A program made the position numbers and the translations under genes. 64,000 bases of DNA, taken from NCBI GenBank assembly GCA_022711175.1, contig JAKLFM010000001.1, positions 1,777-65,776 on the forward strand, in the 5' to 3' direction. How positions within the stretch are numbered: position 1 is the stretch's first letter; every line of letters starts with the position of its first letter. The DNA comes from Bacteroidota bacterium (lineage in GTDB: Bacteria > Bacteroidota > Bacteroidia > Bacteroidales > UBA4417). The notes beneath the pieces are model-generated. The model saw only the letters and a program-made list of their open reading frames with translations. It was not told the origin of the DNA and made no database searches. Below are positions 45,145 through 55,295 of this stretch, one piece after another.

Positions 45145-48078
45145 ATGGATCTCACTGCCAAACTCGGACAACTGCACGACAAACTCAGCGGTGATCTTTT
45201 TACCGACGAGTCTTCGCTGGTAATGTATGCCACCGATGCTTCGGCTTACCGCGAAATGCCGATGGCTGTCGCACGGCCAAAAGACAAAAGCGACCTGCTC
45301 GAACTTATCAGGTTTGCACGCGAAAACCAAATAGCCCTTATTCCGCGCAGCGCCGGAACATCCCTGGCAGGACAGGTAGTTGGGAACGGGCTGGTGGTCG
45401 ATATTTCGAAATACATTACAAGGGTTCTGGAAATCAACGAAGTAGAGCATTGGGTGAGGGTTGAGCCGGGTGTTGTGCTGGATGAACTGAACAAAATCCT
45501 TGAACCCAAAGGCCTGTTTTTCGGTCCCGAGACATCCACTTCAAACCGCTGCATGATCGGCGGGATGGTGGGCAATAACTCCTGCGGGTCGCACTCGCTG
45601 GTGTACGGCAGCACCCGTGATCACACGCTGGAAATCAAAGCATTGCTCAGCGATGGCTCGGAAGCTGTTTTCGGATTGCTTACCGTAGATGAATTTGATC
45701 AGAAATGCGCACTTCAGAACCTTGAAGGCGACATTTACCGGAACATCCGGCAAATCCTTTCCGATAAGGGAAATCAGGCTGAGATCAGGTCACAGTTTCC
45801 TGATGCCGGCATTCATCGCCGGAATACCGGATATGCCATTGATTTACTGCTCGAAACCGAACCTTTTACTAACAATACTGAGAAATTCAACTTCTGTAAA
45901 CTCATCGCCGGTTCGGAGGGGACGCTGTGTTTCATCACCGAGATTAAGCTCAACCTCGTCCCGCTGCCTCCAAAGGAGAAAGCCCTCATGTGCGTTCACT
46001 GCAACACGCTGGAGGATGCTTTTAAAGGCAACATTATCGCGCTCAAACACAAGCCGGTAGCTGTCGAACTCATGGATAACGTGATCCTGGAATTGACAAA
46101 AGCCAATATTACGCAGCAGCGCAACCGCTTTTTCCTTCAGGGAGAACCTGCAGCAGTGCTAATTATCGAAATGGCGGAACATTCCCGTGAAGCGCTCGAT
46201 TCAAAGGCAAAAGTCATTGAAAATGAACTTCGTGATGCCGGTTACGGATATCATTTTCCGATGGTTTACGGAAGCGATATCAGCAAAGTCTGGGCATTGC
46301 GTAAAGCCGGTCTGGGCGTACTTTCGAACATGCCGGGTGATGCCAAACCGGTTGCCGTGATTGAAGATACTGCTGTTAATCCGGAGGTATTACCGGACTA
46401 TATGGCCGACTTCAGGCAACTGCTTGAAAAATTGAATCTTAGCTGCATCTATTATGCCCATATCGGGACCGGGGAACTGCACCTAAGGCCGGTGCTGAAC
46501 CTGAAAGATCCCAAGGACGTAGAACTCTTTCATACCGTAGCGCTCGAAACTGCCAGACTTGTTAAAAAGTACCGCGGTTCGCTGAGTGGTGAACATGGTG
46601 ACGGCCGCCTGCGCGGTGAGTTCATCCCAATGATGATCGGCGACAGGAACTACCGGTTGCTGGAGAACATCAAGCGTACCTGGGACCCTGAAGGAATCTT
46701 CAACCCGGGAAAGATTACGGCTACACCCAAAATGAACAGCAGCCTGCGCTATGAACCGGGCTTGGCGGTGAAAGAGCCGGAAACCATTTTCGATTTCTCG
46801 TCAACCCACGGGCTGCTGAAGGCTGCCGAGCAATGCAACGGATCGGCCGACTGCCGTAAATCATCCCTCATAGGTGGCACCATGTGCCCGAGTTATATGG
46901 CTTCGTTCGATGAAAAAAATACCACCCGTGCCAGGGCAAACATCCTTCGGGAATTCCTCACCCGCTCAACCAGAGCCAACCGCTTCGACCACAGGGAGAT
47001 TTATGATGTGATGGACCTGTGCCTGTCATGCAAGGGCTGTAAGAGCGAGTGCCCGTCGAATGTGGATATGGCACGCTACAAGGCTGAATTCCTGCAGCAT
47101 TGGTACGATGAGCACGGCATCCCGCTAAGGACACGACTCATTGCCTATATTACCGCCATCAACAAGCTTGGAATGATCTGGCCGGCAGCCTTTAACTTCT
47201 TCGCAACCAATAGGTTCACTGCTGCATTCCTGAAAAAAATCTTAGGATTTGCCCCGAAACGAAGCATTCCACTGCTCTACAAAACCACGCTCAGGAACTG
47301 GGTAAAACTCAATGCGAATGAGCAAAGCGGGCATAAGCAATTAACAGGTAAGGTTTACCTTTTTGCCGATGAGTTCAGTGATTACAATGACGTTGAGATC
47401 GGCATCAAGGCAGTGAAGCTGCTCAATGCTCTTGGTTATCGGGTTGAAATACCCAAACATACCGAAAGCGGGCGGACCTTCATCTCCAAAGGATTGATAA
47501 GAAAAGCCCAAAAGATAGCACGATTCAATGTTGAAAACCTTGCCAGACTGGTCACTGAAGAAACTCCGCTCATCGGAATTGAACCTTCGGCCATACTTAG
47601 TTTCCGCGACGAATATCCCGACCTTGCCGGTAACAATCTCAAACCGAAAGCATTGGCGCTCGCACCGAGCTGCCTGATGTTCGACGAGTTTATGATGCGT
47701 GAAGTGAAAAAAGGCAAAATCTCCACTCATTCCTTTGTCACTGATAAACAGGAAATTTTACTTCATGGTCATTGCCATCAGAAATCGCTCTCGAGTACCG
47801 GCCCGACAAAGGAGATGCTTTCGCTGCCGGTCAACTACAAGGTAACCGAAATAAAATCAGGATGTTGCGGCATGGCGGGTTCTTTTGGTTATGAGAAAGA
47901 ACATTATAAGTTGTCGCAAAAAGTGGGTGAACTCGTCCTGCTGCCGGCTGTGAGAAATGCTGCCGACACAACTTTAATTGTCGCACCCGGCACAAGCTGC
48001 CGCCACCAGATAAAGGACGGAACCGGGCGAAAGGCATATCACCCGGTAGAAGTTTTATATGACGCACTCATTAAATAG
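45145..48078 (+). CDS. FAD-binding and Fe-S/CCG-domain oxidoreductase (YdiJ-like 2-hydroxyacid dehydrogenase fusion)
   Basis: The FAD_binding_4 N-terminal domain reads IPRSAGTSLAGQ. There are two ferredoxin-type Cys clusters (CNGSADCRKS...CP and CLSCKGCKSECP) and C-terminal CCG repeats (HGHCHQK, SGCCGMAG). The size of about 980 aa is like E. coli YdiJ. Confidence 0.75.
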   Translation: MDLTAKLGQLHDKLSGDLFTDESSLVMYATDASAYREMPMAVARPKDKSDLLELIRFARENQIALIPRSAGTSLAGQVVGNGLVVDISKYITRVLEINEVEHWVRVEPGVVLDELNKILEPKGLFFGPETSTSNRCMIGGMVGNNSCGSHSLVYGSTRDHTLEIKALLSDGSEAVFGLLTVDEFDQKCALQNLEGDIYRNIRQILSDKGNQAEIRSQFPDAGIHRRNTGYAIDLLLETEPFTNNTEKFNFCKLIAGSEGTLCFITEIKLNLVPLPPKEKALMCVHCNTLEDAFKGNIIALKHKPVAVELMDNVILELTKANITQQRNRFFLQGEPAAVLIIEMAEHSREALDSKAKVIENELRDAGYGYHFPMVYGSDISKVWALRKAGLGVLSNMPGDAKPVAVIEDTAVNPEVLPDYMADFRQLLEKLNLSCIYYAHIGTGELHLRPVLNLKDPKDVELFHTVALETARLVKKYRGSLSGEHGDGRLRGEFIPMMIGDRNYRLLENIKRTWDPEGIFNPGKITATPKMNSSLRYEPGLAVKEPETIFDFSSTHGLLKAAEQCNGSADCRKSSLIGGTMCPSYMASFDEKNTTRARANILREFLTRSTRANRFDHREIYDVMDLCLSCKGCKSECPSNVDMARYKAEFLQHWYDEHGIPLRTRLIAYITAINKLGMIWPAAFNFFATNRFTAAFLKKILGFAPKRSIPLLYKTTLRNWVKLNANEQSGHKQLTGKVYLFADEFSDYNDVEIGIKAVKLLNALGYRVEIPKHTESGRTFISKGLIRKAQKIARFNVENLARLVTEETPLIGIEPSAILSFRDEYPDLAGNNLKPKALALAPSCLMFDEFMMREVKKGKISTHSFVTDKQEILLHGHCHQKSLSSTGPTKEMLSLPVNYKVTEIKSGCCGMAGSFGYEKEHYKLSQKVGELVLLPAVRNAADTTLIVAPGTSCRHQIKDGTGRKAYHPVEVLYDALIK

Positions 48079-48082
48079 CTGC

Positions 48083-48622
48083 ATGACTGACAGTTACAAT
48101 AAATATTTCGATTTCTGCCCGCAATGCGGCATAGAGCAGTTCCTGTTTTACAGGGGAAGAAAGTATTTCAAATGCTGCGACTGTGGCTATGAATTTTATT
48201 TCAACATGGCAGCTTCGGTGGTAGCTATTATCCGTAACGACAAGAATGAGGTACTGTTCACCATCAGGCGTCACGATCCAGCCAAAGGAATGCTCGATCT
48301 TCCGGGCGGCTTTGTTGATCCGGGCGAAACGGCTGAAGCGGCGATCGTAAGGGAAATAAAGGAAGAACTTAATCTCGATGTATGCGAATACCGCTATATC
48401 ATGTCATCGCCCAATGAATATCCATACGGAGGATTTAATTACCATACGCTGGACCTTGTATTCGAGTGCACGGTGAGTGACCAGGAAAATATCGCTGTTG
48501 CTGATGACGTTTCGGGGTACAGGTTTATTAATCTTCGTGAAGTGAATGCTGACGAGATCGGCCTTGAATCCATCAGGAACATTATTGCATACCTGAGTGA
48601 GCCTGAAAAGCCGGAACAATGA
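48083..48622 (+). CDS. NUDIX hydrolase with N-terminal zinc ribbon
   Basis: CPQCG...CCDCG forms the zinc ribbon. The Nudix box is GGFVDPGETAEAAIVREIKEELNL. An alternative ATG at 48059 overlaps the preceding gene. Confidence 0.8.
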   Translation: MTDSYNKYFDFCPQCGIEQFLFYRGRKYFKCCDCGYEFYFNMAASVVAIIRNDKNEVLFTIRRHDPAKGMLDLPGGFVDPGETAEAAIVREIKEELNLDVCEYRYIMSSPNEYPYGGFNYHTLDLVFECTVSDQENIAVADDVSGYRFINLREVNADEIGLESIRNIIAYLSEPEKPEQ

Positions 48623-48647
48623 ACTTTACACCGGATATCTTTTGAAT

Positions 48648-48655
48648 TATCTTTG
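48648..48655 (+). promoter_or_regulatory. putative -7 box TATCTTTG
   Basis: It matches TAnnTTTG and lies 15 nt upstream of the ATG at 48671. Confidence 0.35.
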
Positions 48656-48670
48656 TAAAAACTTCGAACA

Positions 48671-49705
48671 ATGAAAAGACTCATCTTCCTTTTATCACTT
48701 ATCTCATTATCAACGCTTTCGGCGCAAACAATTCTTACCTACCACCATAACGGGCTTCGTCCCGGCGACACCATCACCACACAGGAAATTGAATACGTTG
48801 AGCCGGGAAGTGCCGGCGAGAACCAGGTGTGGGACTTTTCGGGGTTAAAATTCACAGGCAAAATCAATACCAGTTGTCTGCCTGAAAATCCGCTGCAAGG
48901 CAGGCAGGGAACTACGGATTATAACGTAGTGATGAAAGAAGATGACCGAGTTTATTATTTCAGCCTCGACGACAACGCATACATCGAACAAGGATTCACA
49001 ACCGGCAATACAAGCATTATTTATTCCGATCCCATCATCCGCCTTAAATTCCCGTTTGCTTACGGGCAAACCTTTACCGACAAATACCTCGGCGATGCCG
49101 TTTACTGCAGCAATTCCATTATACCGGTAGCCGGCGATTACACCGTTACGGCTGATGCCACCGGTACGCTGATACTTCCGGGCATGATCATCAGAGACGT
49201 ACTCAGGGTTAAAACAGAGAAGAATGCTTTCCAGGTTAATCCCTGCAACATTACCGAATCGAAGGTTATCAGGTACATGTGGTATGCTCCCGGAGCCAGG
49301 TACCCTGTGATGGGAACGAGCTATACCGAGCACAAGATCACCTCGAGGGAACCGCAGGTCATCAAAGCTTCGTTTATCAATCCGCAGGATGCCGGGCTGC
49401 AACTGGTTACCGGCGATCACGTTTACCTAAATCATGTTGCTGATTATTCAGTAGTTACCTATCCCAATCCTTTCCAGGAAAAACTTGATTATGTTTACCT
49501 TCTGCGCAAACCCATGAAAGTGACGGTAGAACTTCTCGATGTGTCGGGAAAAGAGCTTTTTGTTATCGAAAGCAAAACCGGCCAGGCCGAGGGGCTGCAT
49601 TTTGGCGAATTAGATGCATACAGGCAGAATCTTTCGATGGGCGTGTATTACCTAAGGTTTACGTTCGGCGGCGAGACACATGTTAGCAAGGTGGTAAAGA
49701 TGTAA
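48671..49705 (+). CDS. hypothetical secreted protein with T9SS sorting domain
   Basis: It has a signal peptide. The C-terminus reads TYPNPFQEKLDYVYLL...VELLDVSGKE...GVYYLRF...SKVVKM. Confidence 0.65.
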   Translation: MKRLIFLLSLISLSTLSAQTILTYHHNGLRPGDTITTQEIEYVEPGSAGENQVWDFSGLKFTGKINTSCLPENPLQGRQGTTDYNVVMKEDDRVYYFSLDDNAYIEQGFTTGNTSIIYSDPIIRLKFPFAYGQTFTDKYLGDAVYCSNSIIPVAGDYTVTADATGTLILPGMIIRDVLRVKTEKNAFQVNPCNITESKVIRYMWYAPGARYPVMGTSYTEHKITSREPQVIKASFINPQDAGLQLVTGDHVYLNHVADYSVVTYPNPFQEKLDYVYLLRKPMKVTVELLDVSGKELFVIESKTGQAEGLHFGELDAYRQNLSMGVYYLRFTFGGETHVSKVVKM

Positions 49706-50380
49706 ATTCCGGCCCGGGCCGATTCCGGAATACAGAAATTCCTATACAGGGGCGATTAAATAAAGCTTTTGCGAAAAGCGGGATAATAACTCAATCGTTT
49801 TTCAATCAACCTTTTGTATTGGGGTTTTCATACTTGCGCTCCGGTTAGTTAACCGGTTTCTTTGGAAACCATAGATCGCCAAACTTCAGTTCGAATACCG
49901 CCCAATTTTTCAAACCCTCCGAACCCGGAAGAAAACCCGCATCGACCGGCATTGTTAACCATATGCCGGATTTTACCTTTTGTAATCATACAGATTGAAC
50001 CCCTTACCCGGAAGTCTTTTGGCAGTAAAGTTTAATACCATGTTATGCCCTCCGCTATCATAAGTAGTTGCTACCCGGGTTTTCGTAAATTTAAACGGCA
50101 TTTGTCCGTTACAAAACAACAACCCTATGAGTGTTTAATTTTTTCATACCATTGCTAAACAAAAGGAGTTATCGGGTGTTTATATTCGGTAAGGCAATGT
50201 GGTCGGAAAATTAATATTTATCACGCCCATCATACTGATTAATATCAGTTTGATCAAATTTTCATACATTAGTAAAGTAAAACACGCAAATCAACCGTTT
50301 TGTCGCCTACCCGGGCTGCAGCGCAATACGAACATGATAAAGCAATATAACTTAAACACAGTCGGCTGATTGTAACAAAA

Positions 50381-51238
50381 ATGACGGATCATTCATCACC
50401 GCTGAATAGATACAACGAGACTGCTTTCAGGATTTCGGAGCAGGTGACGAGGGATTTCAGTACTTCGTTTTATACATCGGTGCGGCTGCTCGACACAGAA
50501 GCGCGTAAAGCCATTTTCAGCATTTATGGTTTTGTGAGGTTTGCCGACGAAATTGTAGATTCGTTTCACGACTATAACAAAACCCAACTGCTGTCGAAAT
50601 TTGAAGCTGATTACAATGATGCATTCAAATCTGGCATAAGCCTGAATCCCGTGCTCCACGCCTTTCAGCTTACGGTCAAAAAATATAATATTTCCGATGC
50701 TCACATACGGTCATTCCTGCAAAGCATGGAAAACGACCTTCGAAAAAAGTCGTACGATACGCATTCAGAGATGAGTCAGTACATATACGGTTCGGCCGAT
50801 GTGGTTGGATTGATGTGCCTCAAAGTGTTCTGTAACGGCAACGAGAAATTGTTTGGCGAACTTGAGCAACCGGCCATGAAACTTGGCTCGGCTTTTCAGA
50901 AAGTCAATTTCCTCCGCGACCTTAAAAACGATATGGAAAATCTTGATCGTCAGTATTTCCCCGGCGTGAGCAAACATAATTTCGACGATGAGAAAAAGCA
51001 GGAGATCGTCAGCGACATTGCAAATGATTTCAGGAAAGCGCTTGAAGGAATAAGGAGATTGCCAGGCAGAAGCAAAGCCCCGGTATTGGTGGCTTATTAC
51101 TATTATCTCAGTCTGCTGAAAAAGATCGAACACACTCCTGCCTCACTCATAATCACGAAACGAATACGTATCTCGAATTTTAAAAAACTTTTACTGTTGC
51201 TCAAGGTGCGGATATTAACAGGTTTAAAGATGATATAG
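50381..51238 (+). CDS. crtB: phytoene synthase
   Basis: Motifs SFYTSVRLL, YGFVRFADEIVD and GSADVVGLM (squalene/phytoene synthase Asp-rich regions) are present, and it is the first gene of a carotenoid operon. Confidence 0.85.
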   Translation: MTDHSSPLNRYNETAFRISEQVTRDFSTSFYTSVRLLDTEARKAIFSIYGFVRFADEIVDSFHDYNKTQLLSKFEADYNDAFKSGISLNPVLHAFQLTVKKYNISDAHIRSFLQSMENDLRKKSYDTHSEMSQYIYGSADVVGLMCLKVFCNGNEKLFGELEQPAMKLGSAFQKVNFLRDLKNDMENLDRQYFPGVSKHNFDDEKKQEIVSDIANDFRKALEGIRRLPGRSKAPVLVAYYYYLSLLKKIEHTPASLIITKRIRISNFKKLLLLLKVRILTGLKMI

Positions 51239-51760
51239 ATGGATGACTGCCATGTGATATTGGTTGACGAAAATGATGTTGCCCTCGGAACAATGGAGAA
51301 ACTCGAGGCTCACCGTAAAGCGCTGCTGCACAGGGCTGTATCGGTATTCATTTTCAATACAAGCGGTAGCTGGCTTTTGCAACAGCGTGCCCGGAATAAG
51401 TATCATTCCAATGGTTTGTGGACTAATACCTGCTGTACCCACCCCTATCCCGGTGAAAGTAATCTGGAAGCGGCTCAACGGAGGTTAAAGGAAGAAATGG
51501 GGATGCAATGTTCACTTCGTGAAATATTTCATTTCACATACAAAGACGCCCTCGATAACGGGTTTACCGAATACGAGCTTGATCATGTATTTATCGGTAT
51601 TTCGGATGAAGCCCCGAAAATAAATCCTGATGAGGTGATGGATTACAGGTACATCAGCCTTGCCGGTTTAAAGAAGGAACTGTTGCAGCACCCTGAAAAC
51701 TTCACGGTTTGGTTCAGGAGAATTGTGAATATATACGAAAACAAACTCACCAACCTATGA
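51239..51760 (+). CDS. idi: isopentenyl-diphosphate delta-isomerase, type 1
   Basis: LHRAVSVFIFN, WTNTCCTHP and the Nudix-like RRLKEEMG and E.DHV motifs are present. The start abuts the crtB stop. Confidence 0.85.
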   Translation: MDDCHVILVDENDVALGTMEKLEAHRKALLHRAVSVFIFNTSGSWLLQQRARNKYHSNGLWTNTCCTHPYPGESNLEAAQRRLKEEMGMQCSLREIFHFTYKDALDNGFTEYELDHVFIGISDEAPKINPDEVMDYRYISLAGLKKELLQHPENFTVWFRRIVNIYENKLTNL

Positions 51761-52233
51761 TAGTCAACATATTAGCCCTGGTGCTTGCCTATGCCTTTAT
51801 GGAATTTGTGGCCTGGTCGAATCACCGGTATGTAATGCACGGATTCCTATGGAGCTGGCATAAAGATCATCATATCCACGATGCCAAACGTGCTGACGAC
51901 GAAATAAGGAAACAGAAAGGATTTGAGAAAAACGACCGTTTCTTCCTCATCTATGCCTTACCGGCAATTGTTCTTATGATCATTGGTTTCTCCAGCCACA
52001 ACTACCTGCTTGTTTACATTGCCGCCGGTATCACCCTTTATGGTTTTACTTATTTTATGCTTCACGATATCGTTTATCACAAGCGATTCAGGGTGCCTTT
52101 CGTGCAGAATAACAACAACCGCTATACCAGGGCTATCATTGCCGCGCACAGGGCACATCACAAACCTAAGAACAAGACTGACTTCAATAACTACGGACTG
52201 CTGGTATTCAGCAAACGCTATTTCAACGCCTGA
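51757..52233 (+). CDS. crtZ: beta-carotene 3-hydroxylase
   Basis: The fatty-acid-hydroxylase His boxes are HRYVMHG, WHKDHH, HDIVYH and HRAHH. The ATG overlaps the idi stop (ATGA). Confidence 0.85.
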   Translation: MIVNILALVLAYAFMEFVAWSNHRYVMHGFLWSWHKDHHIHDAKRADDEIRKQKGFEKNDRFFLIYALPAIVLMIIGFSSHNYLLVYIAAGITLYGFTYFMLHDIVYHKRFRVPFVQNNNNRYTRAIIAAHRAHHKPKNKTDFNNYGLLVFSKRYFNA

Positions 52234-52236
52234 TTT

Positions 52237-52932
52237 ATGTGGCTTTATGCGCTCTTATTAATCGGATCGTTTGCTGTTCCCTTCGCACTGAGTTTTGATA
52301 AAAAACTTCGTTTCAGGGATAAGTGGAGGTTTGTTCTCCCGGCAATCGTTGCAGTAGCCGCAGTTTTTATCCTTTTCGACATTCTATATACACATCTTGG
52401 AATCTGGGGCTTTAATGAACGGTATCACACCGGACTGTCAATGGCAGGGCTTCCTTTTGAGGAATACATGTTTTTTATTGTGATTCCGTATGCCAGCCTG
52501 TTTATTCATTATGCCTTCTACATTTACTACCCTAAGGTGCATCCGGGTCCTGCTACAAGCCGATATATCACCATAGCCCTGTTGTTGCTCTCGGCACTGG
52601 TCATCGCATTCAACTCCGAAAAAGCATATACATTTTATGCCTTTGGGGCACTGATTGTTGCTCTGCTACTCTCCTTTGCTGACCGGACCGGTGAAATCAG
52701 CAGGTTTTACTTCTCGTGGCTTATCATCCTCATACCGTTTGTGATCGTAAACGGCGTACTTACCGGCAGCCTTATCGATCAGGAGGTGGTATGGTACAAT
52801 CCCAATGAAATAACCGGTATTCGGGTTTTCACTATCCCGATCGAGGATTTTGCATACGGCTTCAGCCTGATACTGCTGAACATACTTACAATCAATATCT
52901 TAAATCATGGGAAGCCGCTTTACAAATCCTGA
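52237..52932 (+). CDS. lycopene cyclase domain protein (fused CrtYc/CrtYd type)
   Basis: 231 aa and polytopic, with two halves each carrying the FEEY / PIEDF-type motifs (LPFEEYMFF and IPIEDFAYGF) typical of heterodimeric-type cyclases. Confidence 0.75.
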   Translation: MWLYALLLIGSFAVPFALSFDKKLRFRDKWRFVLPAIVAVAAVFILFDILYTHLGIWGFNERYHTGLSMAGLPFEEYMFFIVIPYASLFIHYAFYIYYPKVHPGPATSRYITIALLLLSALVIAFNSEKAYTFYAFGALIVALLLSFADRTGEISRFYFSWLIILIPFVIVNGVLTGSLIDQEVVWYNPNEITGIRVFTIPIEDFAYGFSLILLNILTINILNHGKPLYKS

Positions 52933-52945
52933 TTCTGCAGCTGCA

Positions 52946-53587
52946 ATGCGCCGGCGCAACCCGCTTACCACCATGAAAGCGGTCGTTGTGCTCTTTTATG
53001 CAGTCGGACTTTCCGGATTGCTTATCACATTTTCCCGTTCATTGTTTCTGAGCCTGTTTCCTTATTTCCTGTTCATCAATGCCATTGTGCTGGGATACTT
53101 CCATACAGGTACCTGCAACCGCAAAGCTCTGGTAATCTGCATCTTGGTATTCATTTCCGCAATATTGGTCGAGGCCATCGGGGTGAAAACAGGAATGATT
53201 TTCGGGAAGTACCATTACGGCAACAGCCTGGGTTTAAAAATATTTGAAACACCGGTGGTTATTGGCATCAACTGGCTGATGCTGGTGTACATGACCTCAG
53301 GAATACTTGAACGTGTCAACCTTCCCGATCTTTTCCGTGTATTGATAGCCTCTGCCGGAATGCTGCTGTATGACGTTGTGCTTGAGCAGGTTGCGCCAAG
53401 AACTGATATGTGGTACTGGCAAGGCAACCAGGTACCTTTTCAGAATTATGTGGCCTGGTTTGCCGTCGCAGTCATTTTCCACAGCGTAGTTAAACTTGCC
53501 GGCATCAGGACAACAAATCCGCTTTCGGGAGTGGTTTTTGCCTGCCAGTTCCTCTTTTTCCTCTTACTTTTCATATTTCTGCGATGA
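52946..53587 (+). CDS. cruF: carotenoid biosynthesis membrane protein (DUF422, CruF-like 1',2'-hydratase family)
   Basis: It is a polytopic protein of about 210 aa with G.K.G..FG.Y.Y and W.W motifs, placed between the cyclase and the acyl/glycosyl transferases. The start is ambiguous (52907, 52946 or 52973). Confidence 0.55.
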   Translation: MRRRNPLTTMKAVVVLFYAVGLSGLLITFSRSLFLSLFPYFLFINAIVLGYFHTGTCNRKALVICILVFISAILVEAIGVKTGMIFGKYHYGNSLGLKIFETPVVIGINWLMLVYMTSGILERVNLPDLFRVLIASAGMLLYDVVLEQVAPRTDMWYWQGNQVPFQNYVAWFAVAVIFHSVVKLAGIRTTNPLSGVVFACQFLFFLLLFIFLR

Positions 53588-54207
53588 TACTCAGGGCAAA
53601 ACATCACTTTATTATTTACCCGTTTTTCAGGTGGTACAGCCGTTGGATTGTACGCCGGAGTTTCGATCGGGTAGAATATAACGGCAACTTCCATGAAAAA
53701 GGATTGCCGGTACTGCTCATTTCAAATCATACCACCTGGTGGGACGGATTCTGGGCAATGGTCATGAACCTGGAAATTTTCAGGCGGAAGTTTCATTTCA
53801 TGATGATGGAAGAGCATTTACGCAGGCATTGGTATTTCAATTATTCCGGTGGTTTTTCAGTAAAAAAGGGCGCCCGCAGTGCAATAGAAAGTATTGCTTA
53901 CAGCGCCGAACTGCTTTCAAATCCCCGCAACCTGGTGCTCATGTTTCCACAGGGTGAGCTTACCTCCGTTCACCAACGGCAACCGCATTTTCAGAAAGGT
54001 GTGGAACGAATCCTCAGCCAGTTAAAAAATGATGTTCAGGTAATTTTTGTGGCAAACATAACCGACTATCTTTCTCACCGGAAGCCCTCACTCTATATCT
54101 ATTTTGAGGAGTTTGAACGGAATGATTTCAAATTACAAGCTATTCAAAAAGCATACAGCCAGTTTTATAACAAATGTATTGAACAACAAGCCCTACTTTC
54201 CGAATGA
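53584..54207 (+). CDS. lysophospholipid-acyltransferase-family protein (CruD-like carotenoid glycoside acyltransferase candidate)
   Basis: The HX4D-type motif is NHTTWWDG, followed by FPQGE. An ATGA overlap joins it to the upstream gene. Confidence 0.6.
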   Translation: MILRAKHHFIIYPFFRWYSRWIVRRSFDRVEYNGNFHEKGLPVLLISNHTTWWDGFWAMVMNLEIFRRKFHFMMMEEHLRRHWYFNYSGGFSVKKGARSAIESIAYSAELLSNPRNLVLMFPQGELTSVHQRQPHFQKGVERILSQLKNDVQVIFVANITDYLSHRKPSLYIYFEEFERNDFKLQAIQKAYSQFYNKCIEQQALLSE

Positions 54208-55295
54208 TGTTCTACCTGGCTGTCACCGTACTTTGTTTTACCGGCCTGCAGTTATTGGTGGCGCTGGTAAACCTTTTATTCCGCAGCCCGCTGCGAAAAT
54301 CAGAGATCAGCGCAGTACCGGTATCGGTGCTCATTCCTGTGCGCAACGAGGAACATAACATTGGCAACCTGCTCAGTGACCTTCGGCAGCAAGCATACAA
54401 AGACCTTGAAATACTCATATTTGATGACGAATCGACCGACGCAACAGCAGAAATAGTGAAGCTTGCCGCCCTCGAAGATTCGCGCATTAAGCTCATCAGT
54501 TCCTTGGGATTGCCCGAGGGTTGGCTCGGAAAAAACTGGGCTTGCCATAACCTGGCTATGCAGGCCAGGGGGAAATTTTTAATGTTTGTTGATGCAGATG
54601 TCCGAATCGGCAGCCATTTCATCAGCAAAGTGCTGGCGAGCGCCAATGAACAAAAAACAGGCCTGCTCTCCATTTTTCCGCGGCAGGTAATGCTTTCTCA
54701 TGGAGAGTGGTTTACTGTCCCTGTGATGAACTACATACTGCTTACCCTGCTGCCGCTTGTTCTGGTGAATAAATCATCATTCAGTTCGCTTTCGGCCGCC
54801 AACGGGCAGTTTATGTTCTTTGATGCGGATATTTACCATAAGTACTTGCCGCACAAGCAATTCAAAGACAAAAAGGTTGAAGACATTGCCATTATACGGT
54901 ATCTGAAGCAGCAAAAAGTACCGGTAGCCTGCCTGGCGGGCGAAAAAGAAATCTCCTGCAGGATGTACAGCGGTTTTGGCGAGGCTGTGCATGGCTTCTC
55001 AAAAAACATCGTGATGTTCTTCGGCAATTCTACTTTACTGGCTATCCTGTTCTGGTCAATAACAACGCTGGGGTTTATCCCGGTCATCATGACAATGTCG
55101 CCGGCAGTTGCCACAGCTTACTTTGCTGCCATTATCCTCATCCGCATGATAGTTTCGGCCACGAGCAGGCAAAACATCGTTTGGAACCTGTTGTTCATGA
55201 TTGCACAGCAACTGGCCATGGGGCTGATGATCTTTTACTCCGTAAGAAACTCTGTCACAAAACAATACACATGGAAAGGAAGAAATATCACGTAA
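54204..55295 (+). CDS. family-2 glycosyltransferase (CruC/CrtX-like carotenoid glycosyltransferase candidate)
   Basis: VSVLIPVRNEE, IFDDESTD and FVDADV (DxD) are present, with C-terminal TM helices. An ATGA overlap joins it to the upstream gene. Confidence 0.65.
   Translation: MMFYLAVTVLCFTGLQLLVALVNLLFRSPLRKSEISAVPVSVLIPVRNEEHNIGNLLSDLRQQAYKDLEILIFDDESTDATAEIVKLAALEDSRIKLISSLGLPEGWLGKNWACHNLAMQARGKFLMFVDADVRIGSHFISKVLASANEQKTGLLSIFPRQVMLSHGEWFTVPVMNYILLTLLPLVLVNKSSFSSLSAANGQFMFFDADIYHKYLPHKQFKDKKVEDIAIIRYLKQQKVPVACLAGEKEISCRMYSGFGEAVHGFSKNIVMFFGNSTLLAILFWSITTLGFIPVIMTMSPAVATAYFAAIILIRMIVSATSRQNIVWNLLFMIAQQLAMGLMIFYSVRNSVTKQYTWKGRNIT

Noticed and set aside
49706-49735. A hairpin ATTCCGG...CCGGAAT after the T9SS gene as a rho-independent terminator
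   Set aside because: The 7-bp stem is real, but the loop is 12 nt and no T-run follows. The evidence is too weak to annotate a terminator.
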